A stretch of 64,000 nt of DNA from Octopus vulgaris (taxonomy: Eukaryota). Both the position numbers and the translations under genes were made by a program. The DNA is taken from NCBI GenBank assembly GCA_951406725.2, contig OX597839.1, positions 19,220,001-19,284,000 of the forward strand, given 5' to 3'. Below the pieces are notes generated by a model. It was not told the origin of the DNA. It ran no database searches and saw only the letters and a list, made by a program, of their open reading frames with translations. Shown piece by piece: positions 14,506 to 27,900 of the stretch; the stretch's first letter is position 1, and every line of letters starts with the position of its first letter.

Positions 14506-14861
14506 TCGTCGTCGTCGTGGCGCTCCGTCGGTTGCGACGACGAAGATTTGCAGTTGGTCCGATCAACGGAACCGCTTGCTCGTGAAATTAACGTGCAAGT
14601 GGCTGAGCACTCCGCAGACACGTGACAAGGCTGGCCCTTTGGAAATACAGGTACAAGAGAAACGGTAAGAAGGAGTGAGAGAGAGAGAGAGAGTTGTGGT
14701 GAAACAATACAGCAGGGTTCGCCACCCCACCCTCCTGTCGAAGCCTCGTGGAGTTTTAGGTGTTTCCGCTCAATAAACACTCACAACGCCCGGTCTGGGA
14801 ATCGATACCACGATCCTACGACCGTGAGTCCGCTGCACTAAACACTGGGCCAGTGCGCCTC

Positions 14862-14862
<1 letters not shown>
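14506..14862 (-). mobile_element. tRNA-derived SINE, head-1 + tail-X type, with internal deletion
   Basis: Colinear with 8060-8445 but lacks the tacccttaacgtag...cacagagag segment. Confidence 0.9.
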
Positions 14863-14892
<30 letters not shown>

Positions 14893-14902
14893 TACGTAAT
14901 GA

Positions 14903-14968
<66 letters not shown>

Positions 14969-14969
14969 A

Positions 14970-15595
14970 TATCATCATAATCATTTAACATCCGTTTTCC
15001 ATGCTAACATGGGTTTGAGGGTTTGACTGAAATCTGCTAAGCTGGGGAGCTGCGACAGGTTCCGATCAGATTTTGCAAAGTTTCTACGGTTGGAGGCCCT
15101 TCCTAACGCCAACCACTCCAAAAGTGTAGTAGGGTTTTTTTCTTCACATGCAACTGGCGTGGGTGCCCTTGCCGTGACACCGACATCTACCACGACTATG
15201 GTCTCATTTGGCTACACTTGTCTACACAAGCACGGTATATCGCCAAGTAACGTGCAAGTGGCTGAGCACTCCGCAGACACGTGACAAGGCTGGCCCTTTG
15301 GAAATACAGGTCACTTGTCACTGTCTCCATGAGGCTCATCGCTCGAACGGTGCTTTTCACGTGCACCGGCACGAGTGCCAATCAGACGGCATTAGCATTG
15401 CCCACAACTACGATTTCTCTCAGCTCGACAGGTCTTCTCAAGCACAGCTTATTGCCCAACGTTTGAAGAGTGCATTTAATGGGCCAGTTACGCGACACTA
15501 GCATCGGCCACTACGGTCTCACTTGGCCTGACGGGTCTTCTCAAGCACGGCATATCGTAATGATCGTTTGTCATTGCCTCCGTGAGGCTCAACAC
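14970..15595 (-). mobile_element. Probable 3' UTR of an RTE-type LINE or derived SINE with a (TGA)n-like tail
   Basis: Starts with atcatcataatcat (a minus-strand tga tail), then tttaacatccgttttccatgc...gcccttcctaacgccaacc. It has internal subrepeats (ggtcttctcaagcac twice). The family assignment is from memory of similar mollusc repeats. Confidence 0.5.
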
Positions 15596-16044
15596 ATACA
15601 CGCGTGCGTTTATGTGTGGTGCACGTGTGTGTGACTCTGTATATATAGATATATACATATTAGTATTTGGTTTGCAAGATTCTTTATGTGAATTCGTGTG
15701 TTGAAGTATACTTTTATTGTCTGGGGAGAGTCATTCTCTTTTAGTGCCATATTATTTAACACACTCACCGGTTCGATTTTCACTCATTTAGTTATTTATT
15801 TTTCTAAAATTTTCATTGTCTCTTCCAACCTTTTCGACTATTGAAAAGGTTGCAAACCGCAATGAAAATAATAAAAACACGTAAATAACAAAATGAGTGG
15901 AAATCGAACCGGTGAGTGTGTTAAATAACAAGTCACTAAAAGAGACTGTCTCTCCCCAGACACCATAATACACACACACACATATACATATATAACCTTT
16001 CACATATTAAAAGTGAGAGGCATAGAGAGAAACTCTCATACACA

Positions 16045-16444
16045 TGTTTCAGTAATTTGACTGCAGCCATGCTGGAGCACCGCCTTTAGTTAAGCAAATC
16101 GACCCCAGTACTTATTCTTTGTAATCCTAGTACTTATTCTATCAGTCTCTTTTGCTGAACCGCTATGTTACGGGGATGTAAACACACCAACATCGGTTGT
16201 CAAGCGATGTTTGGGGGACAAACACAGACACACAAGCATACACACAAACACACACACACACACACATATATATATACACACATATATATGCCTATATACG
16301 ATGGGCTTCTTTCAGTTTCCATCTACCAAATCCATTCACAATCCGAGGTTATAGTAGAACACTTGTCCATGGTGACACGTAGTGGTACTGAACCCGGAAC
16401 CATGTGGTCGGTAAGCAAGCTACTTACCACATAGCCACTCCTAC

Positions 16445-16447
<3 letters not shown>
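16045..16447 (-). mobile_element. SINE family B
   Basis: Reverse complement of the 53228-53640 reference copy. Confidence 0.9.
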
Positions 16448-16485
<38 letters not shown>

Positions 16486-17845
16486 GTATGTATACACACA
16501 CACTTGTGTATGTGCTTATGTGTATTATATATCTAAGTACTGACATTGATAGACTGGACCTAACCCATTATTTAAACAAAAAATCGTAGTAATAACCTAA
16601 CTGCCATTACCACAACACCGCCATCACCAGAACTCCCCTCTTCATCAGAACAACAACAAGAACAACCTATCAACAAGATATTTAATGTTTCTGAAACCTC
16701 ACAATTATTAAGTTATCCTATCATCCGTGTTTATCACACTGCGACTACATGCTGCTAAGTACTTCTAGAAGCTAGGACAATAAACTAAGATATTGCAAAA
16801 AAACAAAATAGGTTAAAAATGATTTAAAAAAACATAAAAAAACATCCAAAAACAAAAATGATATCATATCATCCAGGGATGTACCTCGAGTTGTTTCTTA
16901 CATAGATTTTCTTTTTATTTTTCAATTAAGAATTTTCGGTGTCAAGATAAGAAGAACTTTTCATAACCTCCGGTAGGAGGCAAAATGGCGACTATCAAAC
17001 TTACTTAAAGAGCGGGAGAATGTAAACTCAATGTTTTGAACGCCGAGCGGCGAATGGCTTTTTTTAAATTGTGTTGTCTGCCCACTTGTCCACCTGACAT
17101 TCAGGGAATATATTTTTTCTTCATTCCGTTTCGGTTTTAGTCCTTTTTCTGTTTTCTTTGGTAGTGGTGGTGGTGGTGGTGGGGCTTTTTTTTCTTTTTT
17201 CTTCTCCTCCTCCGCCGCTTTCTCCATTATCATCATTTTCCTCATTATCATCATCGTCGTTGTGGCCATCGCCGTCGACCTCCTCTTCATCATCATAAAC
17301 ATCTACTTCACCATTATCATCACCTTTTTAATCGTCATCATCGTCCCCACCTAATCCTTCTCCTCCTCATCTACTTTTTTCCCTATCTTCCTGCTTCATT
17401 TTTCCTTCTTTTTCTGCCTCTCTTTCTCCTTATGAAGATGATGATGATAATGATCATGATCATCATCATAGTCGTCACCATCACCCTCTTCTACTTCTCC
17501 CTCCTCCTCCTCTACGAGTCGCGCTTAATCTCTTGATTGCTCGCCCTCTTTCCTCCTCCTCCTCCCATTTTGACATTCATCACAGTTCTTCCACCGCCAC
17601 AAGCCACCAGGTTCTCCAGTTTCCACTATCGAATGTTCTAATTAAACGAGACAGACAATGACCATTAAAAAGAGAGGCGTCGATGGTGATAGGAAGGGTG
17701 CAAGAATTAGCAACAAATAGCTGTCTACCTTGGAATCAGCCTAATCTATCTTCAACATAGGCTGAAATGATTAGAACAACAACAACAACACAAACAACAG
17801 CAAAAATGTATTTCCTCTCTAGATAGAAAAATATGGATGTAAGTG

Positions 17846-17848
<3 letters not shown>

Positions 17849-17893
<45 letters not shown>

Positions 17894-17914
17894 TATATAC
17901 ATATATATATATAT

Positions 17915-17976
<62 letters not shown>

Positions 17977-18039
17977 CATATATATACATATATATACATA
18001 TATATATATATATATACATATATATATACATATATATAC

Positions 18040-18085
<46 letters not shown>

Positions 18086-18243
18086 TATGTTGTGTGTGTG
18101 TATTTATGTATATATATATGTATATATATATTCTTTTATAAGTATTGATGTGTGTATATATATATATACTTTTATAAATATATATATGTTTCTATATATG
18201 CATATACATACATATATGTATATATGTAGTGTGTGTCTAAGTT

Positions 18244-18275
<32 letters not shown>
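17849..18275. repeat. (TA)n compound microsatellite
   Basis: Dinucleotide runs. Confidence 0.9.
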
Positions 18276-18278
<3 letters not shown>

Positions 18279-18462
18279 TGTTTTCTTGCTTTGAATTCGT
18301 TAAAAGTATGCAAGTATTTACTCCTGCGGATAATTTAGATGACTGTGTAATTAAATATGGCAAGTACAGGGTATATATTATCAGCATTGGTAAAACGTAC
18401 TCACTCTCCGCCCCCCCATAGCACACTTACAAGTATATATGTCTCCACACACACACACTCAC

Positions 18463-18501
<39 letters not shown>

Positions 18502-18928
18502 TGTGTCTATGTACATGTAATGAAGTTGTACCTGTTTAACTAAGTGATTTGATCTGAGTTCGTGAACTGAAACTAAAACAATTACACAGTGAACGATATC
18601 AGGATGATCCTTCAGAACACAAGAGTATATTTCTATTGCCATTGTTTGTTTGTTGGTTTTTTTTTGTTTCTTTTTCCTTTGTCTTTTTTTTTGTTGTTTC
18701 GTTTTCTTTCATTTTCTACATACCGAAGAACGTCGAACGTAAAAGTCTACACTGATATGGCGATAGACTAACGACATTCGTTTTCAGACTGTTTTGCCGT
18801 TTAGCTTCTCCTTATCTTTTACTTGTTCCAGTCAATTCCTTTATCAACCAGGAGGTTGAGAAAAAGAGGGGACGATTCGAGGACATTCAAAACAAACATT
18901 GGGGTCACGGTATTCAATGAGACGAAAC

Positions 18929-19087
18929 GGAGGAGTGGTTGTGTTTCAAGTAGCTTACTTACGAACCACATGGAGCCGGGTTCAGTCCCACTGCGTGGTA
19001 CCTTGGGCAAGTGTCTTCTACTATACCCTCGGGCCGACCCAAACCTTGTGAGTGGATTTGGTAGACGGAAACTGAAAGAAGCCCGTC

Positions 19088-19141
<54 letters not shown>

Positions 19142-19345
19142 ATGTGTGTGTATATGTTTGTTAACATCGCTTGACAACAGATGGTGGTGTGTTTACTTCC
19201 CCGTAACTTAGCGGTTCGGCAAAACGGTTCGATTGAATAAGTACTAGGCTTTCAAAGAATAAGTCCTTGGTCGATTTGCTCGACTAAAGGCGGTGCTCCA
19301 GCATGACCACAGTCAAATGACATAAAAGTAAAAGAGTAAAAGAGT
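18929..19345 (+). mobile_element. SINE family B, full length
   Basis: aggagtgg...ggttcagtcccactgcgtgg...ggaaactgaaagaagcccgtcg-(TA)n-...cagtcaaatgac-(agtaaaag)n tail. Confidence 0.9.
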
Positions 19346-19941
19346 ATATATACAGATTTTTTGTGGTGAGGGCACTTGTCGATGACAGCGACCTCATTTT
19401 TGAACTGCTACTTATGTTATCGGCCCCAAAAGGATGAAAAACGAAGTCAATCTCCGTAATGACGGACGAAACGCTGCTTAGCATTTTGTCCGGCATGCTA
19501 ACACTTCTGCCATTTTCCCTCCCTGTAATGATTTAATATTAGAGTTAAAATAATAAACGCTTGCTTGCTTATTAGCGATTGGTCCCGCTATTGTTTTATT
19601 ACATCACAGGTGAGGTTGAACCACTGAATATGGGAGAAATTCAGAAATATATTAAATGTTATCCAAATTGATGTATCATGCAAAGGAATGCAGAATATGT
19701 TGCAGAGTTGACTGTCCACACTTGAATTATTCCGGTCCGTATGCAGAAGACATCTCTGAGAAAATCCTAACAAAATTTTCGTCACCAAAACTTATTAAAT
19801 ACGTAGATTCTCCGTTAGCTTTTCTTATGTAAAGAATATATATATGAATAATTAACTATTGATATATACACACCCACATGTATAAATGCCTAAATTCATA
19901 CATAAATAAAGACACAAACACATACACACACTTATATGTAT

Positions 19942-20161
19942 ACTCTTTTACTCTTTTACTTGTTTCAGTCATTTGACTGCGGCCATGCTGGAGCACCGCC
20001 TTTAGTCGAGCAAATCGACCCCGGGACTTATTCTTTGTAAGCCCAGTACTTATTCTATCGGTCTCTTTTTGCCGAACCGCTAAGTGACGGGGACATAAAC
20101 ACACCAGCATCGGTTGTCAAGCAATGCTAGGGGGACAAACACAGACACACAAACATACACG

Positions 20162-20193
<32 letters not shown>

Positions 20194-20355
20194 CGACGGG
20201 CTTCTTTCAGTTTCCGTCTACCAAATCCACTCACAAGGCTTTGGTCGGCCCGAGGCTATAGTAGAAGACACTTGCCCAAGGTGCCACGCAGTGGGACTGA
20301 ACCCGGTACCATGTGGTTGGTAGGCAAGCTACTTACCACACAGCCACTCCTGCGC
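19942..20355 (-). mobile_element. SINE family B, full length, young
   Basis: Near-perfect reverse complement of 53228-53640. Confidence 0.92.
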
Positions 20356-20592
20356 TTATGGAGGATTAATTAAATTCACCTAAACGAGCGGAACTCATAG
20401 CAAGCATTCTAGCTGAGAAACCGGTTACCAAATCATTTAGTTAAATTACAACATAATTTATCATGTATAAGGACATGCAAGTCCTGGATACACTAGCTAT
20501 AATATTTCCGTAGAGTTACAGCTGTTTCATATTATATGCATGCAAATGTTAAATATCCTTTCACGTCTCCCATCTGATTTTTTTTTGCTTAT

Positions 20593-20642
<50 letters not shown>

Positions 20643-21033
20643 CGATTAAATAAAGAAAATATATTTATTGAAAAACACTAACTGCACCTGAATATGAACG
20701 CATGACCAATTTGGGATTTTGTAAATATTTTTCTTCATAAAAGCATAACCAACTTCGTACATATTTTATTTCACTACTTCAACTAATGAGTTTATAACTT
20801 CGTCATATAAATACTATAAATTTCCACCCCCCTCCACAAAATGTGCAGCCTTGATAAAGTGTACCCCCGCCAAACAAAAATGCAATTACCTCTCCTGTCT
20901 CGAATAATAACAATCTCCAGTTTTCGCCTCTTATATTTTTCTACATGTTGGTTCATATACCAGCATGCATGTTTGAATATGAAAGAAACCGATAGAATAT
21001 CATAATATTCTATCCTTTAAATTATATTTTAAA

Positions 21034-21320
21034 CTAGCAGTATCGCCCGGAGTTGCTCGGATTTGTAAGGGAAATAACTATATAAGCATTTTTAGAGAGT
21101 TACTTCCCTTATATAATAGCAAAAAAAATGAGAAAAAATTATGGTCAATTTTTTTAAAATCGTAGACTCATCGTAGACGCGCGCTAATACCCAGAAGGGC
21201 TCGATATGAATCACAACTATAAGATACCCGCTTTTGGTTAAACTGCACCGCAAAATGTGGGAGTAGTTAGGAATCTAAATCGTAGGAGACAGACACACAA
21301 CTTCACTTTATATATAAAGA
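21034..21320 (-). mobile_element. Non-autonomous Helitron (287 bp)
   Basis: The minus strand starts TC (tctttatatataaa), ends with a ccgagcaactccggg hairpin plus cgatactgCTAG, and sits between A and T. Homologous to 40308-40813. Confidence 0.8.
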
Positions 21321-21702
21321 TATATACAAATGGTGTGTATTCTCCTTCTTTTCATATATACTTTTTCACCACTATTCACCACGTAGGGAAAATATCTCCA
21401 ACAAGATTCTGTTCTACTATATATAAGGCAGTAAAATGAACCCTTTCTGTCCTGAGATATTTCCGTTTACTCTCGATGTTACGACATAGAATAGGTTTGT
21501 TGAATATGTGTGCATGTCTCTGTAGGTGAACAATTAAGAATGCTCGTGTGCTTAAAGTTGAGCGTGTCTGTGTGTGTAATTTTTGTATGTGCATGTCTGA
21601 GTGTGTATCTGATTGGAATTATATTTTTCTCGCCTAAGACACCAGAATTGAATGAATGAAATGTACTGTTACGTCAATGTAATTCATGACGAAAGATGTA
21701 TA

Positions 21703-21833
<131 letters not shown>

Positions 21834-22136
21834 TGTGCATATCTATATGCATATACGTATATATATATATATGTATATATATATATACGTATATATATGT
21901 GTGTGTATATGTGTATATATATGTGTATGTATATATATATAGGTGTGTGAGTGTCTACGCACGAATATGCGTGTACATGTGCCTACCCTTCTCTTCTCAT
22001 TCGCCCCTCCCACTCCCTCCGACGTAACTACATATATCTTCACTACAGATGTGTGATATTTAGTGGATTGTTCGCGTTACTTTGATGAATTTGAGTATAT
22101 ATATATATATATATATAGATACATATATATGTGTGC

Positions 22137-22179
<43 letters not shown>

Positions 22180-22546
22180 CTCATGTGCGTGTGTTTGCGT
22201 TTTTGTATGTTGTTTGTGCTTGTGTATAGATGTCTGTGAGCGTTGCAACCACAAAGAAATAAAAGTCACAATAAACAACAGAATTCAGCCAGGCTTGTCT
22301 TGAAGATTTCCATAAAACGGAATCGTGAACGTCAATCGCAGTTTCACTATAAATTCTCACTTAAGCACTCCCCAAGCGCTTTTCCACGTATCCATCACAA
22401 TCGCCAGTAAATTATACGTGCACGTACGGAAATAGTGATACAGATATGTGTACGTGTGTCTGTGTGTGTATGCATATATATGTATATACATACATACATA
22501 ATTGCATTTATAGATACATATATGACGTAAGTACACACGTTTGCAA

Positions 22547-22582
<36 letters not shown>

Positions 22583-22676
22583 GTGTGTGCGTATGTATAT
22601 ATATATGTATGTGTGTGTGTTTCTCTCTCACTCTCTCTGTATATATGTGTATATATATATATATATATATACACAA

Positions 22677-22714
<38 letters not shown>

Positions 22715-23486
22715 CCCTCTGACACTGTCTGTCTGTTTGTTTATATATATATATATATATATATATACGTGTGTGTGTCCGTGTATATATGTATATTATA
22801 AATATATATGTAACTCGATTGAAGTATATGTGTGTGTATGAGTGTGTGTATCCGTGTATATATATATGTGTGTGTGTGTTAATATTCGTGTGCGTTTGTG
22901 TGCAAAGAAAGAGAAGAGTGAGAGAGAGAGAAAGAAAGAAAGGAAGTGGGAATGCAAAGGAAGAACTCTTGAACGTCCAAAGTTCTTCATTGGAATGAAA
23001 TCTATTCAAGGTTGTCAAACTATTCAGTTGAACCATGGCTTTCATGTGCGTATGTGTATAAAATGTGTGTGTGTGTGTGTGAGCGTTTGTCTCATTGTGA
23101 GTGTTTGTGAGTGTGTATGTGCGTGTGTTTGTATGTGTATGTGTACATGAGTGTCTCACTGTGTGTATGTGTATGCGTGTGTGTATGTGTGCGAGCGTTT
23201 GTCTTATGCTGTGCGTGCGTATGTGTGTTTGAATTTAATGGCGGAAGAATAGAAGATCTTGCGTGTGTGTGTGTGTGTGTGTATTTCTCTGTGTGTGTGT
23301 GTGTGTGTATTTTTTATTGAAGTCATGGTACGTTGATTTCTGTGTAGAGATTCTTCGTGTGTGTGAAAAAGACCATCAGTAAATACACACACACACACAC
23401 TCATACAAACATACATACATACATATATGATATATGTGTGCGTAGTTATATACATACATATATACATATATATGTATGTATGTATG

Positions 23487-23530
<44 letters not shown>

Positions 23531-24049
23531 GTTGAAGATGTGTTTAGTAAGTGGATTGTTGATGTTTGAACAATATGGTTAAGCTGCCTTAAGATCAGAA
23601 AAATGCTAAGATGGTTAGGCTGTTTGGTTTATGATGACATTAGTGATGGAGTTATTGGTGATGCGGGAGAACAGCAACAACTATAATAACAATAACAAGT
23701 AAACCTCTGCTTTTTTTTCTTCTCTCTCTTCTCCCTCCCGTTGTTTACTGTGATTATTATTGTTGTTATTGGACAAAACTATAACAGAGGCTGGGTTGCC
23801 AGACAGTTGTGGGGGTAGATTACAGCGTAAAGAACTATAGGACTATTAAATATTCTGTAAAGCTTAACAGAAAATGGGATTATAAAATGTCATGCTACGA
23901 TGTTTGGGAAGAAAATCGCCGAGAAGTTTAATACTTGCCAAAGCCGAGTTGAATGGAAGCTGATAAAAGAACGCAAAGTCAAAAATTACTCAAGAAATCT
24001 CTCTCAGGTCTTCCAGTGTTGTCAGTACAACGACTAGCAAACCGTCTCC

Positions 24050-25250
24050 TGACATCATGATTGTTCGCTTTCCTCGTAGATCCACTCGGGTGAACTTCAA
24101 TTGCTATCATGTCGTCCCAGAACTTACTGCGCTACGTATTCCTTTGTCGTCTTCTCCATCTTTTTTTTTTTCACCTTCCAGCATCTAGTCCATCATCGTT
24201 GTAGCGTATATCACATGGCGAATAAATCGTATTTGCCAGTTAGCTACGACATCCTGAAAACTTCTCATGCCGTCCCTTCTCGGCACCACTCCGTTTCTGG
24301 TTGCTGGCTTGGCTGGGTGGAGGTGCTAGTCTCCCCTTTGAAAATATAAGGACACAGAAAATGTACCAAGGCCAACAAGAAACAGTCTTTCCTAGCGCTA
24401 AATAGCAGCAGCATTCTCCCCTTTCAAGGGACTGTCACATTAAGTTAACAACACACCACTTTAAGATTACTCTGCGACCGACTTAAGTTTCACGCCACCT
24501 CTCCGTTTCTCAATCTATCCGGGTAACAGATACCCGGTATTAAATGTAGTCAGTGTCAATGGAGCACGTGTAATTAAGAGATCTTCGCTGTCTCCGTTCA
24601 GGTTTCACAGATATAGATGGTTGTAGGTGCAACAAAGGATGAGCATAGCTGCAGTTTTCCTTTAACTGATGGTCTTCGATCTTCATATTGGACGAAGGCA
24701 TTAAAATACTGAAGTTGTTTTACCAATTCAGGTCTTGACTTCAATTTCTGCATCAGCAACATTGGAAATACGGGCCGCAAAAGACAAGAAATGTTCTGGA
24801 TTACGATACAAGACCGAAGCGTTTTCAGAGCACAGAGTTTGAAATCGCACATACATGGTACTCTTTCATATATGATACTTAGTATTCTCATTTGACACTG
24901 CTGTTAACTATCCCACTGTTCAGCAGGAGAATAAATACTGCTTGAACGTATTCTTTGCTGGAGGAACGAACGGAATGAGAGCAATCAGCCGTTTCATAAA
25001 ATGCTTGGTTCGGAATCTTGAGAATATTACGAGACATAACAGTTGGTGGTGACAATGGTCAAGACGTTCTGATTATAAAACCCGATAACATACACGCGTT
25101 TCAGTAACAGGCCGTAATTATTACATAACAGCTGTAGAGACATTGCGCAATCTTGCACTCCACAGCATCAGAGTCAGGCAATAAATGCCATAACAGATTT
25201 TAAACATCCGATGGAGTGTGGAAACTGCTTTTTTGACTACTTGTTGCTTT
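24050..25250 (-). pseudogene. Highly degenerate RTE-clade LINE fragment
   Basis: Minus-strand translation over stops and frameshifts gives ADAEIEVKT*IGKTTSVF*CLRPI*RSKTIS...KLQLCSSFVAPTTIYICET and MRSFQDVVANWQIRFIRHVI. These resemble the RTE motifs RIGKAxxxF..L..IW..K.IS...YxCETW and RLRFAGHV. Confidence 0.65.
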
Positions 25251-25282
25251 ACAGTGGGATGGATATATAGAGAGGGAGAGAC

Positions 25283-25449
25283 ATGAGTGGCTGTGTGGTA
25301 AGTAGCTTGCTTACCAACCACATGGTTCCGGGTTCAGTCCCACTGCGTGGCACCTTGGGCGAGTGTCTTCTACTATAACCTCGGGCCAACCAAAGCCTTG
25401 TGAGTGGATTTGGTAGACGGAAACTGAAAGAAGCCCGTCGTATATATAT
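25283..25449 (+). mobile_element. SINE family B, 5' half
   Basis: gagtggctgtgtggtaagtagcttgc...aaagaagcccgtcgtatata; it stops at the internal microsatellite where the next element begins. Confidence 0.9.
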
Positions 25450-25994
25450 TTATTTGACTAATCTAGAAACGTACGTTCTCAAATAACCTTTGCACTTGAT
25501 TTTTTAATGTTTTTTCCCCCATACTTTTGTGAGTTAGTTTAGGCAAACACTATCTGAGAGAGATCTTCTTTAAGTATTAGAAATAGCTGAAGAAATTTCT
25601 TTAGCTGCTATTTCTAATGAGTTCAGTATGTGGCAAAGTAATTTATTTTACTAAGCATTTATATATAATGTAATATTTTGAATTCGCCTATAATGGTCCC
25701 TTTACATACTGAATACTTGGTGAAATTGATTAATAATTAATTAATTTTACCTTCAATTGTTGAAATTATAATTCATCTCTCTCTGTTAAATTGCTAAATG
25801 CTGCGGTTTTCACCGTTAATACTTGGTGTTTGTCAACTTTAACCCACGCTGGTGGAAAGGGGAGAGCAGAAATTCTTCGCTTGCATATTCGAATTTGATA
25901 GCACTTTTAGTTTGAGCAGAATTCTAGAGGTGATTAGAAGCCGAAAGGGTATGCTCCCGACTTTCAGTGTTCCCAAATCCGATTCAAGGAATTC

Positions 25995-26046
25995 TGAGCT
26001 GAAGAAAGAAATGTCGAATTGACTAATCTAGAAACGTACGTTCTCA
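25995..26046 (+). ncRNA. Type I minimal hammerhead ribozyme
   Basis: tgag-CTGAAGA-a-aga..gtc-gaatt-gac..tct-a-GAAAC-gtac-GTT-ctca. Stem I is tgag/ctca, the core is intact, loop III is palindromic GUAC, and cleavage is predicted after GUU at 26042. Confidence 0.75.
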
Positions 26047-26114
26047 AATAACCTTTGCACTTGATTTTTTAATGTTTTTTCCCCCAGTGTTCCCAAATCC
26101 GATTCAAGGAATTC

Positions 26115-26166
26115 TGAGCTGAAGAAAGAAATGTCGAATTGACTAATCTAGAAACGTACGTTCTCA
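26115..26166 (+). ncRNA. Type I minimal hammerhead ribozyme (identical tandem copy)
   Basis: Identical to 25995-26046, 120 bp downstream; predicted cleavage after 26162. Confidence 0.75.
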
Positions 26167-26341
26167 AATAACCTTTGCACTTGATTTTTTAATGTTTTTT
26201 CCCCCATACTTTTGTGAGTTAGTTTAGGCAAACACTATCTGAGAGATATATAGAAATAGCTGAAGAAATTTCTTTAGCTGCTATTTCTAATGAGTTCAGT
26301 ATGTGTGTAATTTATTTTACTAAGCCCTTATATATAATGTA

Positions 26342-26376
<35 letters not shown>

Positions 26377-26650
26377 CGTGTGTGTGTGTGTAGTCGTGTC
26401 TAACAGGCACACGGCCAGAAATTGAGTACTGTACATTAGTTGTTTTTATCCAATTCTGCGTTTGGCTGTTGTATTTTATATCGATTGGCCGGGCAGAAAA
26501 ATGACCAAATATGTTAACATTAGCGGGATTTGTACCCAAGTAGTTATATTTGGCGTTGCAACGATTGTGCCATTCCTCCCGCCCCACGTCTCATATCAGT
26601 GGATATAATTTTCAAAATTCATCATCACAGGAATTTATAGAAAAATATAT

Positions 26651-26801
26651 ACTCTTACTCTTTTACTCTTTTACTTGTTTCAGTCATTTGACTGCGGCCA
26701 TGCTGGAACACCGCCTTTAGTCGAGCAAATCGACCCCGGGACTTATTCTTTGTAAGCCCAGTACTTATTCTATCGGTCTCTTTTGCCAAACCGCTAAGTG
26801 A
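26651..26801 (-). mobile_element. SINE family B, 3' part
   Basis: (actctttt)n tail plus tgtttcagtcatttgactgcggccatgctgga...ccgctaagtga. Confidence 0.9.
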
Positions 26802-26849
26802 TTATTTTGTACAAATATTTGTATCTTTATCTTTCACAGATAAAATTTT

Positions 26850-27900
26850 TTTGCATCTTTCTTCCTTCTGTCATTCTTTTCTATCAGTCGTCTTAATATT
26901 ATTTCTGTTTTCTTTTTTTTTTATTTCATTTTGTTCTTTTTCATTCATTCATTCATTCTTGCTTCTTTCCTTCTTGTTATTCTTTCAGTTGCTTTTTTTA
27001 ATTTTTTGTTGTCTTTCTATCATTCTTTTTTCCTTCTTGTCATTCATTAAGTACCGTTTTTTTACTTCCTTCTTCGTTCTCCCTTTCCTTTCTTCCTATC
27101 ATAGTTTCATTCTTTCTTCATTCCTTGTCATCCATTCAATAACTTTCTTTTCTTTCCTTCTTTTCTTTCTATTTTCCTCTGTCATTCAGTAGCATGCATT
27201 CTTTCTCTGTTTCTTCCCTTCTCTTTCTTTTCATTCATTTAATAACTATTTTCTTTCTTTTCCTCTACTTCTTCCTGTCTTTCTTCCCTTTTCTTCTACG
27301 TCTTTTATTTTTGTTGTTTTTCTATCATTCTTTTTTCCTTCTTTTCATTAAGTACCGTTTTTTACTTCCTTCTTCGTTCTCCCTTTCCTTTCTTTCTATC
27401 ATAGTTTCATTCTTTCTTCATTCCTTGTCATCCATTCAATAACTTTCTTTTCCTTCCTGCTTTTCTTTCAATTTTCCTCTGTCATTCAGTAGCACGCTCT
27501 CTTTGAGTTTCTTTCTTTTCATTCATTTAATAACTATTTTCTTTCTTTTCCCCTCCTTCTTCATGTCTTTCTTCTCTTCTCTTCTACGTCTTTTATTTTT
27601 GTTGTCTTTCTATCCTTCTTTTTTCCTTCTTTTCATTAAATACCGTTTTTTACTTCCTTCTTCGTTCTCCCTTTCCTTTCTATCATAGTGTCTTTCTTTC
27701 TTTCTTTCTTTCTTTCTTCATTCCTTGTCATTCATTCAATAACTTTCTTTTCCTTCCTGCTTTTCTTTCAATTTTCCTCTGTCATTCGTTAGCATGCTTT
27801 CTTTCTGTTTCTTTCTTTTCATTCATTTCATAACTATTTTCTTTCTTTTCCTCTCCTTCTTCCCGTCTTTCTTCCCTTCTCTTCTACGTCTTTTATATTT
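26850..27900. repeat. Pyrimidine-rich tandem repeat, three ~290-300-bp units
   Basis: atta(a/g)taccgttttttacttccttcttcgttctccctttcc recurs at ~27046, ~27347 and ~27635. Confidence 0.85.

Larger units (their letters stand above)
25454..26345 (+). mobile_element. Non-coding PLE/retrozyme-like element with direct terminal repeats and tandem hammerheads
   Basis: 25454-25676 is repeated at 26139-26345, and there is an exact 120-bp tandem duplication (25965-26084 / 26085-26204). HHR motifs lie at 25995-26046 and 26115-26166, with a 3' half-HHR at 25454-25481. No ORF. Confidence 0.8.

Noticed and set aside
17733-17790. Good minus-strand splice acceptor (ttctaatcatttcag) suggesting an exon
   Set aside because: All three frames stop within about 30 nt, and there is no homology support.
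26851-27688. Hydrophobic F/L/S-rich ORFs resembling membrane proteins
   Set aside because: They are translations of a pyrimidine-rich tandem repeat.
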